A stretch of 64,000 nt of DNA from NCBI RefSeq assembly GCF_964204645.1, contig NC_134030.1, positions 19,986,210 to 20,050,209 of the forward strand, given 5' to 3'. This DNA is from Tubulanus polymorphus. Lineage: Eukaryota; Animalia; Nemertea. Under the pieces are notes generated by a model, which was not told where the DNA came from, did not search any database, and saw only the letters and a list, made by a program, of their open reading frames with translations. Below, in pieces: positions 48,747 to 61,327 of this stretch; the stretch's first letter is position 1, and the number at the start of each line of letters is the position of its first letter. A program made the position numbers and the translations under genes.

Positions 48747-49727
48747 ATGACGAGCGACAACGTTTCGGTGGGTGACGCACATGAATGCCTAACACCGGAA
48801 TTTCAGCAGAAGATGTTAGATCGGCTGCTGATTCAAGGATATATCGGAACTGTCATCTGCGTGTCGGGAATCGTATTCAACGCATTAAGTTTCGTCGCGT
48901 TAACGCGCATGAAGTCGTCCTGCGTGAACACGTACCACCTGCTCAGAATATTAGCGGTCGTGGATTCGATTTATCTGGTCGCGTTATTTTGCTTCACATC
49001 CTTGAAGGAATACGTATCGTTGTGGACGTACGGCTTGGAAAAATTCCGATATTTGAATTATTTTTACGGAGTGTCGGCGGTGTTTACTGTGTACTGTGAC
49101 GGTCTTCAGCACACGGCGAAGATGCATCGGAACTCGGTAATCATTCTGATCAGTGTTGAGCGATGGATTCAATTGTCGTTCCCGTTGTGGGCCCGAGTAC
49201 ATCTTACTCAGCGCAAATGTGATATAATAGTGATCTGTCTATTCGTCTTTAGCGCTGCAAGTCAAAGCTATCGCTGGCAACTAAATCGTGTGATCTTTGT
49301 ATTCTATAGTTGCCCGATATTTGCAAGAACGATGCGCCGGAACCGTCGTGTCGGACCGCTATACAGTAAACTGTTGAACTTCAGTACTATCATTTGCCTG
49401 CCGTTTTCAATCCTATGTTTGACGAATGCAGCTTTGATAAGAAGTTTGATCATATCGACCAAGAGACGATCTGCATTCACAACTAGTCAGAATGCGAAGC
49501 ACGACATCCAAACAACGATGCTAGCACTGATGTCAGTAGGTTCATATCTGATTTTGGAAGCTCCTATCGGTATAAATCGTGTTTTAGATTATTTAAGGCA
49601 ACCGACTTATTTCAATTTGAGCGGCCATTTGTTTTCTCAAATTGACTCGTGCGCTAATTTCTTTCTGTATTGCATTGCGAGTTCAAAGTTTAGAAAGGCT
49701 TTAAACGATGTATTCAGGCGTAAATGA
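48747..49727 (+). CDS. Intronless class A GPCR, copy 3
   Basis: Paralog with distinct ECL2 (RRNRRVGPLYSK) and C-terminus. Confidence 0.9.
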   Translation: MTSDNVSVGDAHECLTPEFQQKMLDRLLIQGYIGTVICVSGIVFNALSFVALTRMKSSCVNTYHLLRILAVVDSIYLVALFCFTSLKEYVSLWTYGLEKFRYLNYFYGVSAVFTVYCDGLQHTAKMHRNSVIILISVERWIQLSFPLWARVHLTQRKCDIIVICLFVFSAASQSYRWQLNRVIFVFYSCPIFARTMRRNRRVGPLYSKLLNFSTIICLPFSILCLTNAALIRSLIISTKRRSAFTTSQNAKHDIQTTMLALMSVGSYLILEAPIGINRVLDYLRQPTYFNLSGHLFSQIDSCANFFLYCIASSKFRKALNDVFRRK

Positions 49728-50616
49728 GTTAGTTACAAAAGGAATCCAACTGCAAACAGCTTTCTCCTCAAATACAAACACATTGACAGTTCACCAACAT
49801 TGTATTCGACAAGTTTTACATCGCCCACACTTCACTTGTATTCAATAGATCAAGAAATCGAACAAATTAATTCCTTTTACGGTATTTCCACTTTGCCTTT
49901 GTATGTTAGAATGCCAAATCAAATTGTTTTTCCATTATATTCGAAGAACACTTAACTTTGAGGGATGCGAGTCCAACAACCGAACCATCCACCCCCATCC
50001 AACCGAGTGTAATTTGCATGAACAATGGCTTATAAAGGAAAACAAAAACAAGTTTATGCGAATTCATAGTTTATTACTGAAAGCAAAATCCTGAATAAAC
50101 TGATTCACAATATATACAGCAACTTATTATTAATAAAATAACATATTCGAAACGTCGCACGGAGAGCATGTGTGACAGACAGTGTAAGCGGTTGCGGTAC
50201 CAGGGTTCAGGAAAGTACGGGAGGGCTAAATTATCTGCTAAATGTGAAAGAAAACTAAGAATAGAAATATTCGAGAGATGATTATGTACATGTATGTTAT
50301 GTTCAGTTATTTGAACATTTAAGTGTTTCGTCGAGGTCCATATACATATGTGAAGTTCGAAAATGGATTTCAGCTAATATATATTTTCTATCTGAGGATT
50401 TAGGGTGGACAGTTTTATTTTCCCTGAATGGTCGTAACCGCACGCAGCATTAGATTGGTGGCACAGAGTCCTCATTGCAACTGTTTGGAAATAGACAACG
50501 TTTATTTGTTATGTAAAATAATTTTTGTTACCAGCCCTAAATTGCGTGAATTCATGGCTGTAAATAACCCCCCCCCCCCATACACTCATTTATTATTGTG
50601 TCGGGATCGATAGTTA

Positions 50617-51570
50617 TTAGACTGAATTCCTACAGCGGATTTTCATACAGAAATATTCACGAATTTCTCGTCCCAGTAAAAGATATATGTAGAAATTAAT
50701 GGCATAATTACACATTTGAAATTGTGCAAATATGTCATATAGAAAATTGGTGAATTCTTGTGAGAATGGCAATACTGTGGTAATAGTGGTTGGAAGTGTG
50801 AAAACTGCAAATGCGATTGAAACTGTTACAAGCATTATTGTCGTACGTTTTGATTTTGTAGTTTTCTGATCGGACGAAACCATTTTCGAACCTCTGAATA
50901 ACTGAATTATAATTACTGAATTTGATGTAATGATTAGAGTTAACGGAAGAAAAACCTGACATGCGTGGATACCAATCATGGCAAAAAATGATAGTTGGTC
51001 AAACAGCTTGTAGTAACATCCGAAAAACCAATCTGCAAAATATATCGACAATGTTGGCACGTGATATACAAGCAGTGCATTTACTGCCGTAATTATGAAT
51101 ATAGTAAATCTAGCGAATCTCGGTGTACATACAAAACGAGATGTGAACGGGAAGAGCACAACTGCAACACGTTCTAGAGATATCGCTACGATTAACCATG
51201 AACTATTACACGCAGCAAACACCATTATAAATTCATAAATTCGACAACTTGTCGATGAATTCATCATGAATATAGGACCGTTCTTTACGTGCAATAGAAC
51301 AAACTGTAAAATGGGCATCAGTGTAAAATTGATGCAGAATACAAAATCGCTGAGCGATAAAACAATAAGATAGTTAGCGTAAGATAAACTGCGGAATCTG
51401 CGACTTATCATAATAATGAGAGTGACTGAATTACCGAAGGCTCCTAACAGGAACACGATTGGCAAAAAGACCAGTGACACAGTTAGGTAGGTACCAGACC
51501 TGTTTGCCATAGCCATGAGAATGATGTAACTGTTATAAGTCCGAATCTGCATCTGGGACGAATTCATCAT
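50617..51570 (-). CDS. Intronless class A GPCR (separate peptide-receptor-like subfamily)
   Basis: GAFGN, LSLSD, SLERV...FP, FLPL, FTLP, NYAINFYIYLLLGREIR. Confidence 0.9.
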   Translation of the reverse strand: MMNSSQMQIRTYNSYIILMAMANRSGTYLTVSLVFLPIVFLLGAFGNSVTLIIMISRRFRSLSYANYLIVLSLSDFVFCINFTLMPILQFVLLHVKNGPIFMMNSSTSCRIYEFIMVFAACNSSWLIVAISLERVAVVLFPFTSRFVCTPRFARFTIFIITAVNALLVYHVPTLSIYFADWFFGCYYKLFDQLSFFAMIGIHACQVFLPLTLIITSNSVIIIQLFRGSKMVSSDQKTTKSKRTTIMLVTVSIAFAVFTLPTTITTVLPFSQEFTNFLYDIFAQFQMCNYAINFYIYLLLGREIREYFCMKIRCRNSV

Positions 51571-51754
51571 TTACAAGGATCAAGATGAATGATGGTGTCA
51601 CTGACTGTGTGATGAGAATGTCCTGGAACCGACTGTGTCTCTTCGCGTATCGGAAAATGTATTCAACTGAATTATATTATTAAGTTTTATTGCAGTAACC
51701 AGCCAATGAAATTGTAGCTACATAAATCAAACCCAATTTACTTGGATTAAGCGA

Positions 51755-54700
51755 AGGTTTATTACTGTGCAAACTATGAATGCAACTAAATGTTCAATGT
51801 AAATTTTCCGTGTAGATTACGATTGATCGTATGTGGTAACATGTATTGTAAGTGTACAACTGAACAGGTTGGAAAATATCCATCAGATCTACAGGGAAAC
51901 CGTAGGTAGTAAACAGGCTTGTAGCCAACGACTTCTTAGGGTCGGTATTATCAGGACCAGTAACAAATAGAAATAAAAACGCACTTCCTGCATGCAGATA
52001 TCTATAATTAGATGGTTGTAGAATTACAGCAATATCATTTAAGCCTTTACGTTTTGCTTCGCCAATTAGGTTTCTCAAGTCAAATTATGTGTTTAGATTG
52101 GTTTCAAAATTTGGATGTTTAAGTTTTGCTTTATGAACTGGACTCCATATTGGTTTTTAATTATCAAGTTTACTTCGTTACTGGGCTCCGCGATTTTCTA
52201 TGTGCTTCACCAACCGATTTCCATCGGCTTTGATGATTCTATTTTGCTCCGCCAACTGAGCTCTGTTCGTAGCGTTGTAGCTTTTAAGATGTCCTTCATC
52301 TCCTGTTCTAATTTCAACAAATACACAAATTGGGCTCCAGGCCAGGCTTATATTGAGGGCCAATGGATGATTGGATGCACCGTTAAGAAGATTGTGTCGA
52401 AATCGATCATGCAAATGGTCAGTGGGATGATTACCCACGTCCTAAAAGTTGCTCAGATATTCCTTCAGTGTGTGGAAGTCAATGAGTTTAAAATAAACAC
52501 AAATTCACACTGTTTATTGAGTTTTTGGTGTTTGAAGAACAATTATTTCATTTTTACGTGAATTCGTGTCTTCAGAATTCATTTTTTTGAATTTTAACTA
52601 AAGCTCTAAAACAATTTGTACCGCTGTTAAATTGGAATTTGTTCATCTTATAGATAACAACTGTGGACTCGCAGCGGTTGACGGTTAGTAGTCTAATAAT
52701 GTAATTTATCTGCCGCCTGGTCCTATGGTTTGGCATATATTTTCGGACGGGCGTGCGCAAGACCAGACCTTGTATATCCCTTCTTTGGTATAATAGTTTT
52801 TATTGGTGCAGCAGCGGTCCCCGGCAATACGTGATTCGTTGGATTTGATGCACTGGCTTCCCTCAATCCACACACAATCAACACTAGAAGCGTTAGAGGC
52901 GATCCTGAAACGAGATTCGCTAGATATGTTATATTCAATTGATAATTACTGCAGCGAATGCGCCGATTCTCTCTCACACCTGCCACATTGGGTAGCGACC
53001 GTGAAACGAAAACATACACAAGGATGATCAGGTTGTTTATCGGGAAACTTGCGAGAATGTTTATTATTTAAAGAAAAGAAACAAAAAATTGATTTCTGCA
53101 TGCGGTATGCGCAACTTCATTAGGCTTTTCTGCTATATCGTAGTGCTCGGCTGTCCCATTCGGGTATGTAAAGCATTAAGAAATGGAATGAATACCGTAT
53201 CTGGTTACCTCTTCTTCTTGTCACTGATGCTACATTTGCCATTACTTCTATTAACAAATTCAATAAGGCTGGTTGATTGGCAGGCATAATTTACAGCGCT
53301 TTGATAAATGCACCTGCTGTTGGAATTAAAAAATATTTTGTTTTCGTCTCGTTAGATCGGCTCGTGCACCTGTCATAACGTGGCGATAGAGAAATTAATC
53401 ATCGATCTTTTGTTAGATGTCTATTTAAACGGTACTACGAAAATATATTGTCTGAGATCAACTCGAAAATTCAATCAGTATCAAACGACAGAAGAGTAAA
53501 CCATCAATATTTCAACATGAAGATCGCTTGTGGTAAGATTCTGTATAATATTCTTATCGCAATTTTTTCTTTTAAACTCTTTTACTACGATAAACGTCAA
53601 AAGCTAATGAGTTTCAAAATATTTTACTAGACATTTGACACCAACTTGGGGTAGAAGTTTTCAGTTTCAACTTATACTGTATTACATGAACCCTAACTCA
53701 TGTATATTCGACTTGGTGATTTTAACATGTAGTCGTTGAATTTAAGATTTAGATAGAACACTATTACTATTATAGGTATCATGATGATGAACCTTATTCT
53801 TGTGGCGTTCATTGACGTTTCAAGGTAAGTAACAAAAGATTAGATGGATATACAACCAAAGAAAGGGTACACGTAAAAAAAATAGGCTAGTTATCCCATG
53901 GGCCGTTAGCCAGTTAAAAACCAATTCGCAATTTAGGAGCTGCAATAAGTATCAATAGTACTACTATCTATAGTATCAATGGCTCCATCAAGAAAATGAG
54001 AAATATACACTTATCAAGGACCACTAATCCGCTAATGGCGTTCGTTCTTGTTTTTATATGTACACAGCTATAGTGGGACTATAATCTCAACCACTGTAAC
54101 ACTATCTACATTCGTACATACATATATTATTGTATAACCATTACCTCAACACACCCATCAGTAAACACAATATTCGCATCCATATCGGTTACATATTCGA
54201 TGATTAATTTCTCTATCGCCACGTTATGACAGGTGCACGAGCCGATCTAACGAGACGAAAACAAAATATTTTTTAATTCCAACAGCAGGTGCATTTATCA
54301 AAGCGCTGTAAATTATGCCTGCCGATCAACAAGCCTCATTGAATTTGTTAATAGAAGTAATGGCAAATGTAGCATCAGTGATATATTCGCCTCTAACGCT
54401 TCTAGGGCTGGTTGTGTGTGGATTGAGGGAAGCCAGTGCATCAAATCCAGAGAACCATGTAGTGCCGGGGACCGCTGCTGCACCAATCAAAACTATCATA
54501 CCGATGAAGGGATACACATGGTCTGGTCTTGCGCATGCCCGTCCGACAACATTTGCCAAACCATAGGACCAGGCGGCAGATAAATTACATTATTAGACTA
54601 CTGACTGTCAACCGCTGCGAGTCCACAGTTCTTATCTATAAGATGAACAAATTCCAATTTAACAGCGGTACAAATTGTTTTAGAGCTTAAGTTAAAATTA

Positions 54701-55478
54701 TAAAAACAATGAATTCTGAAGACATGAATTCACGTAAAAATAAAATAATTGTTCTTCAAACACCAAAAACTCAATAAACATTGTGGTTACTTTAAACTCA
54801 TTGACTTCCACACACTGAAAGAATATCTGAGCAACTTTTAGAGTGTGGTTAATCATCCCACTGACCATTTGCATGATCGATTTCGACACAATCTTCTTAC
54901 ACCAATACCGGTGCATCCAATCATCCATTGGCCCAATATTAGGCTGGCCTGGAGCCCAGTTTGTGTATTTGTAGAAATTAGAACATGAGATGAAGGACAT
55001 CTTAAAATCTACAACGCTACGCACAGAGCTCAGTTGGCGGAGCAAAATAGAATCATCAAAGCCGATGGAAATCGGTTGGTGAAGCACATAGAAAATCGCG
55101 GAGCCCAGTAACGAAGTAAACTTGATAATTAAAAACCAATATGGAGTCCAGTTCATAAAGCAAAACTTAAACATCCAAATTTTGAAACCAATCTAAACAC
55201 ATAATTTGACTTGAGAGACCTAATTTGCGAAGCAAAACGTAAAGGCTCAAATAACATTGCTGTAATTCTACAACCATCTAATTATAGATATCTGCATGCA
55301 GGATGTGCGTTTTTATTTCTATTTGTTACTGGTCCTGATAATACCGACCCTAAGAAGTCGTTGGCTACAAGCCTGTTTACTACCTACGGTTTCCCTGTAG
55401 ATCTGATGGATATTTTTGGATACGGAAAATTAACATTAAACATTTAGTTGCATTGATAGTTTGCGCAGTAATAAACCT
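51755..55478. repeat. Large inverted duplication: arms 51755-53405 and 54197-55478, spacer ~790 bp
   Basis: Mirror ORF pairs 52115(+)/54698(-), 51794(-)/55211(+) and 52723(-)/54315(+). Arm ends gaaattaatcatcga / tcgatgattaatttc. Confidence 0.9.
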
Positions 55479-55484
55479 AAAAGT

Positions 55485-55650
55485 CGCAGATTCCGTTGTT
55501 TATCTTACCCTAACTATCTTATTGTTTTATCCCTCAGCGATTTTGTATTCTGCATCAATTTTACACTGATGCCCATTTTACAGTTTGTTCTATTGCACGT
55601 AAAGAACCGTCCCATATTCGTGATGAATTCACCGACAAGTTCGAAATAAT
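55485..55650 (+). pseudogene. Inverted fragment of the 50617-51570 GPCR (TM2 region)
   Basis: SRRFRCLSYPNYLIVLSLSDFVFCINFTLMPILQFVLLHVKN matches that gene. Confidence 0.85.
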
Positions 55651-55737
55651 GCGACAATAATGTATGCCGTGACATCAAACAATTCAACGTCGAATACATG
55701 CCGACCGATTTACTCACCTGTTGCGCTGAAGGTTTTA

Positions 55738-55930
55738 GTAACTGAAATTTCTGTCCGATGAACATTATCGGGAATGGGTGAACAAATACATTTCTAACAG
55801 TCACCTATCGCGTCTGAGGTTCTGGTAACTGAAATTTCTGTCCGATGAACATTATCGGGAATGGGTGAACAAATACATTTCTAACAGTCACCTATCGCGT
55901 CTGAGGTTCTGGTTACTGAAATTTCTGACC
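55738..55930. repeat. 87-bp tandem repeat (2 full copies + partial)
   Basis: Units start at 55738, 55825 and 55912. Related to the sequence at ~75-165 in units A, B and C. Confidence 0.85.
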
Positions 55931-58900
55931 GCTGAAACACTCGTCATGAATCGATGAGCAAATACATGCCCTACCAGTTCGACAGTTTGTGGGGCTCCTC
56001 AAGTGTTAGGGAGTTCCATGGTCAACACAACTGATGAAAACTATGATGAATTATTGATGCCATCCACAAGACACATTTCATTCTCGCTACGCGGATGGGA
56101 TTCAATCATTTCCAAAAATTTTCATAACTTATATAGAAAAGAATAGCAATCAATTTAACCTATTAAATTAGTTCATTTTCAGAATGGCAATGGACTATTA
56201 GATTAGTTCATAGCCTGAAAGAAAGGAGGCGATGTGGTGAAACGTCTGTATTTGATAACACTTGTAGTTTTCATTACATAAGTTTGTCTCTGGATGTTTC
56301 TCACCAACAAGTTGTCTGTAAACCTCAGAATTATTGCATATTTTCCCAACTTTCGACATTTCTATAACTCTTGGACCAATGGATGGAAACGACTGTGATG
56401 AAACTAGGTACATATGTACTTTTATCGAATACCATTCAATGCCTTATGAGATTAGTTCATATCCCTTTCTCTGGGGTAAAATGCCCGTATTTTAGATACT
56501 TGCCATACTCATAATTACGAGTGGATCCAGCTGCATCTTTTCTACAAGCCTTACATTATTTAGAAAATTCTTTATATTTTATTCGGCACACTCTGCAGCT
56601 ATATTTTTTCAATCAAGATTGTCTTGGGGGATGCACTTTACATGTGTGAAGTGTGGATTATCAGGGCGCTAATGAACTATTCAATGTCTGGTGTTTGTAG
56701 TTGGTTTTCGATTAAAAATGGGATCTCGATATATTGAACACATGTGAAGTGCGGACGATAAAACTTAAGGAATACAATGCGGAAAAATCCAAGGTACCAG
56801 GTCAGAAAAGAAAGTTTTCCGCATTTTGATCCCTGTTGTAGTCTACACGTAAGAATACATGGTTTAAAGCCTTTCTAAACTTTGAACTCGCAATGCAATA
56901 CAGACACTCCGAAAAAGTAATTAGGGTTTTCTGACTTTCGTCGAAAACCCTCTTGAAATTTTGTTGATTATTATTATTATATATTTTCCGCCGATTTCGT
57001 CAAATAAAATTCATCTTCATTCAGATTCGGCAACTGACAGCTTCGAAACGAAATGTATAAATTGATACTGTAATAACGGTTTCTCTGAACCAAGAGATTG
57101 TCTGAATGTACTTTCCATCCTATTTGAAACTTAAAATTACTTATTAGGTTACTGTAAATAAAGAATTGAATTGAATTGTTAGAAACAAGCACCGGCGAAA
57201 TAACAGTTTGTGACGTCATTTAGTAAGTAAATAAAGGAGGGCTCCGAGAATTTCCAAATCACGGGGACTATACTGAGGTTAGACCATTCAACCAAAAAGA
57301 GGATTGCTCCGATAATATCCAAATCATCTCATTTTATTTTTTCCATCGAATACCCGGTAATTAATTTTTCCTTTCGATCACATGCATCCAGAAAACCCGT
57401 TATCGCTGCTTTGCAGCTATATTTCAAATATTGGAATTTTACCAAACCGTATCCGTCCACAACGATACGTACTCCTTCAAGGCAAAATAGCACAACCGGG
57501 TATTTAAGGATCGCAAATATTCTGAGCAGGTGGTACGTACCATTTGTAAATTTGAGAAAAAGAAATTACCGTGAAAATCATCGTTCGAACCGTTAAGTCC
57601 CGGATTGACAAGACTAGTGACCGGCGGTTTAAACCACTCGGCCAGTGCGCCTCTTACATGAGTTCATAGAAGATTTGGCTTGTGTATTGAGCTTGGATCA
57701 ATATTTCCACCAGTTGTGATCTAGATGCTTAGTATACGTTAGTATACTGAACGGCATCATCGATGACCAACAATATTCACCATTGAATATACGATTTACT
57801 CACCTGTTGCACTGGAGGTTTGGGTTACTGATATTTCTGATCGATGAACCATGCTCACGAATCGGTGTGCAAATACATTTTCTAAAAGGAGTTTAATACA
57901 AATATACAGTTTGACAGGTTGTAGTGCAGTTCGGTCGTCAAAACAACTGACGAAAATTGTAATGAATACATGTAGTTAATCTAGCATGTGAAACTGAATT
58001 AACTCACAAACATCAGTTTAAGTACCGTACTGCTATTTTCAAAATTTCGATGTATTAAATCAGGCAGCCAAGAAAATTCACCCCCAATCAGTCGCTTGCC
58101 GGTTAAGACTGAATGGAAGATTGTTTGAATGAACCGGAACCGAATTTCCCAATTATGTACTTTGAGCAAAAAACTTTTGTAAACTCGACCGCCGATCACA
58201 CAACTATATCTGTACTTCGATTATCGATTGTAAAACCTAACCCCCTGTTTCGCTCCCGGCAGGTGTGGCGGGTTTGTAAGGGACACTCAATCAAAAAATC
58301 AAACGAAATTTACCAACCAAATAAATAACAGGGACCATCCCTATTTTAGGAAAAAAAACACAAATGAAGAAGAGCCACAATTCAAAGTATACACGATAAA
58401 ATCTATCAAATTGAACCCACTACGTTCGCTAACAGCCACTATCACGTGGAAATCGGCAAAATTACGGCAATATTTAAACTTCAAACCGGGGCGTTGATGA
58501 TGTACGTAGTCCCGGCCCATTACATACATGAGTGACTTCTAGACGAATAATATATTTATCGAAATCCCGATTAGAATATTCCTGCTGTGCGGCCAGTTTG
58601 TTCTCTACTTATCACCAAACTGTGTAAAACATATCCTCAATTGACGGTGCAGTATTTCAGGGGCGAATCTCGGGTATTTGGGTCCAGGGAAGTAAAAGGG
58701 ACCATATGAAACGTTTCTGTAATGACGATGCAAGACGCATAACGACATAGCCCTATGGCCAGGGGTACTCGACAATAGAAATGTTTTGAAATTTCAAGAA
58801 GAATTTGGTCAGATTTTCTACGAAGTTGAATATTGACGTCCATGAAATTGATCATAAAATACACAATTCCACGACCACAATCACAATACCATTGTATATT

Positions 58901-59986
58901 CATCATTTTGCATGAGAAAATACCACTTCTGTTCTTTTTTATATTCACCTTTAATGTCACTTTTAAACAGTTTCGAGGAAAAAAAAGAATTCCTAAGAAA
59001 TTCTTTTTTGGGACTTTCAAATTTAGGAGGGGGTGGGGCGGGTGGTGGACTGGGCTCCTCTAACTCCGCCCCTGAATTGTGCCGCATTCTTAGGCAGTTT
59101 TTACTCCAAGTCTTCAAATAACGAGGAATACACGTATTACAGAGGGCCGCATTACGTCACTGCAGAAAATGCGTCTCGTGGAGAAAATGGTGGAAGGCGG
59201 GGACTTAACAAAACTGTTTAGATGATATATAAGATGATGTGTTTTTCTGCTATCGTGAATATGAATTGTTAAAGGTTTTGAATACATATGGATTTAAAAA
59301 CTTCTCGCTGCATTTCCCTTTAAGAGGACACCAAGAAGAGTCAATCAATCACCAAAGCTGTGCAATTATTTGGTTTTATTTCATATTGTTTTATTTTGTA
59401 TTTGAAGAATATATAGTATCGCGCGCAATATTTTTCATTCATTCGTCGACTGTTCTGGCTCGAGAAAACGAGATATTGTCATTTCGAAAGTATAATACGT
59501 TGGAAGAGCGACTAAGGTAAGCGTAGTGATAAAATATTCTAATTTAACGATAAAAATGATACCTTGTTTCTTAAAAGCTTAAAAGTTGACCCGGCCGGCC
59601 GCCGCCTATCTACCCTATACATTATTCTAAAAAAAAGAAACTATTATCAGCCATTCGACGACAAGACGCGGCGGCTATTGAAACGAATGGATTACAAATT
59701 TAATTGAAATTTACAAAATAACCCGGGCGCTGCGGAGAAACAAGGTGTCATTTTTAGCCTAAAATAATATACTCCGATAAGTACAGCAGCAATTTCAGTA
59801 ACCGGAATCTAAAATACGACACACGACTAAACATTTTTTTTCTGCTGAAAATCATGCATCGATTAATTGATCAATGACGTGTCACTGATCATACCGTTTA
59901 GCATAGTAATATATTCTACGGTTATATGTTGATTTTCACCGATGGAGATCTCAATATAAATTACATAAAATTCATAACCAAATTCA

Positions 59987-60032
59987 TTATTCCTGAAGAT
60001 GACTATTAGGATATAGTCGAAACGTTGAATAA
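59987..60032 (+). ncRNA. Minimal hammerhead ribozyme motif, copy C
   Basis: Identical to 1602-1647. Confidence 0.65.
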
Positions 60033-60657
60033 ACTACTAAGAGCTCAAAGTAACATTTTCGGACTTTTTTCTTATCATTGTGGGATTCTCTCTACATCGC
60101 GTCAACACGGATATAGTGTTCTATCAATCGTGTTCATAACCAAATTATTCTATAATAAATGATTTTCTATAGTTGAGGTTAGTAACTAATTTCAAACGAA
60201 TATCTTTTGACTAGATCATTTAGGCTGAGGAACCAAACTTGGAAGCGACTCTGAAGACAATAAATGAATTATCGATGATTATCTATATTAGATATTTAAA
60301 GCTTATCACTCACGGAAAGAAACGACAGAGACTTGTTCCTGCGATGCCCAAACACTAGCAATGCGGCCGCCCTGCACTCACTTCATAGCACGGCATTCAA
60401 ACCAGCGATTCAAACCCGTTACACTGCTCTGCACTAAATCAAAAATACATCAAGTATTCTTTATGAATTTTTGACTGTATCTATTATCAGTTCCTTTTTT
60501 CTGTGTAGCTGCGTTATTTCAAACCTGGCTCATTCTCTGACGAAAAGGTTTGCTCATTGAGAGCCTATTTGAAAACTGTTGCAATATCAATTTTCTTTTC
60601 GAATTTTTTAAAATGCCAAATCGCAAATATATTTTATTCAAATTCTAGGCGAAGAAA

Positions 60658-61327
60658 ATGCTTGCTTATACAATGACTCGCATATGTGCTTTTGCTGCGA
60701 TTGTGGCCAGTGCCGCGGCCTTCAGTGGTGAGTTAAGACTGGGAAAATAATACTCAGCTTCATGAGATTTCATAAAATGATATAATTCAATTCACAATTA
60801 TCATTAAACATTTATTATGCGTTTATCGACGGAACGAATTGATTCGATAGATATATTTCACAAAATGACACATATACATTATGACAAAAACCCTGTTAAT
60901 TGACGTGCAATATATTGTTATTATACACATGTATTTTTTTAACACCCTGGCCCGCTAAGCGCAACGCTAGAAGCGGGTTCGATGTTTCTTTTTCCCAATA
61001 CCCACACTAGAGAAGAACCTCCGACCAAGAAACTTCCAATGGTTGAACCCATAAACCCTGGATTGATGAGAACAGTGACAGCCGGCTTATACCACTCGGC
61101 CACTGCGCCTCCCATCTGTTATCCTCATCGGGATCACCATTATAGTCCTACATCTGGGGGCGGGAGTTCCATTATTTCTTCAATTTAGGTAAAAACATCT
61201 TTCAATTCAAAATTCAATTTTTAATTTCATGTTTTTCGAAAATATAGATTGCTATCCAAAGGGCAGGACGTGTGACGATGACCTTAAGTGTTGCAACAAC
61301 ACCTGTAGAGCTAGTATTTGTTCCTGA
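60658..61327 (+). CDS. Secreted cysteine-knot peptide precursor, copy C; exons 60658-60727 + 61248-61327
   Basis: MLAYTMTRICAFAAIVASAAAFS|DCYPKGRTCDDDLKCCNNTCRASICS*. Confidence 0.85.

Larger units (their letters stand above)
41547..50456 (+). repeat. Tandem array of ~3.1-kb GPCR units (starts 41547, 44658, 47728) plus an ORF-less partial unit ~49878-50456
   Basis: cagatggtatcgc and the downstream non-coding sequence recur with periods of 3111 and 3070 bp. Confidence 0.88.

Noticed and set aside
51794-55447. ORF pairs in the inverted repeat as transposase or host genes
   Set aside because: No transposase or other motif is recognisable, and frameshifts differ between the arms.
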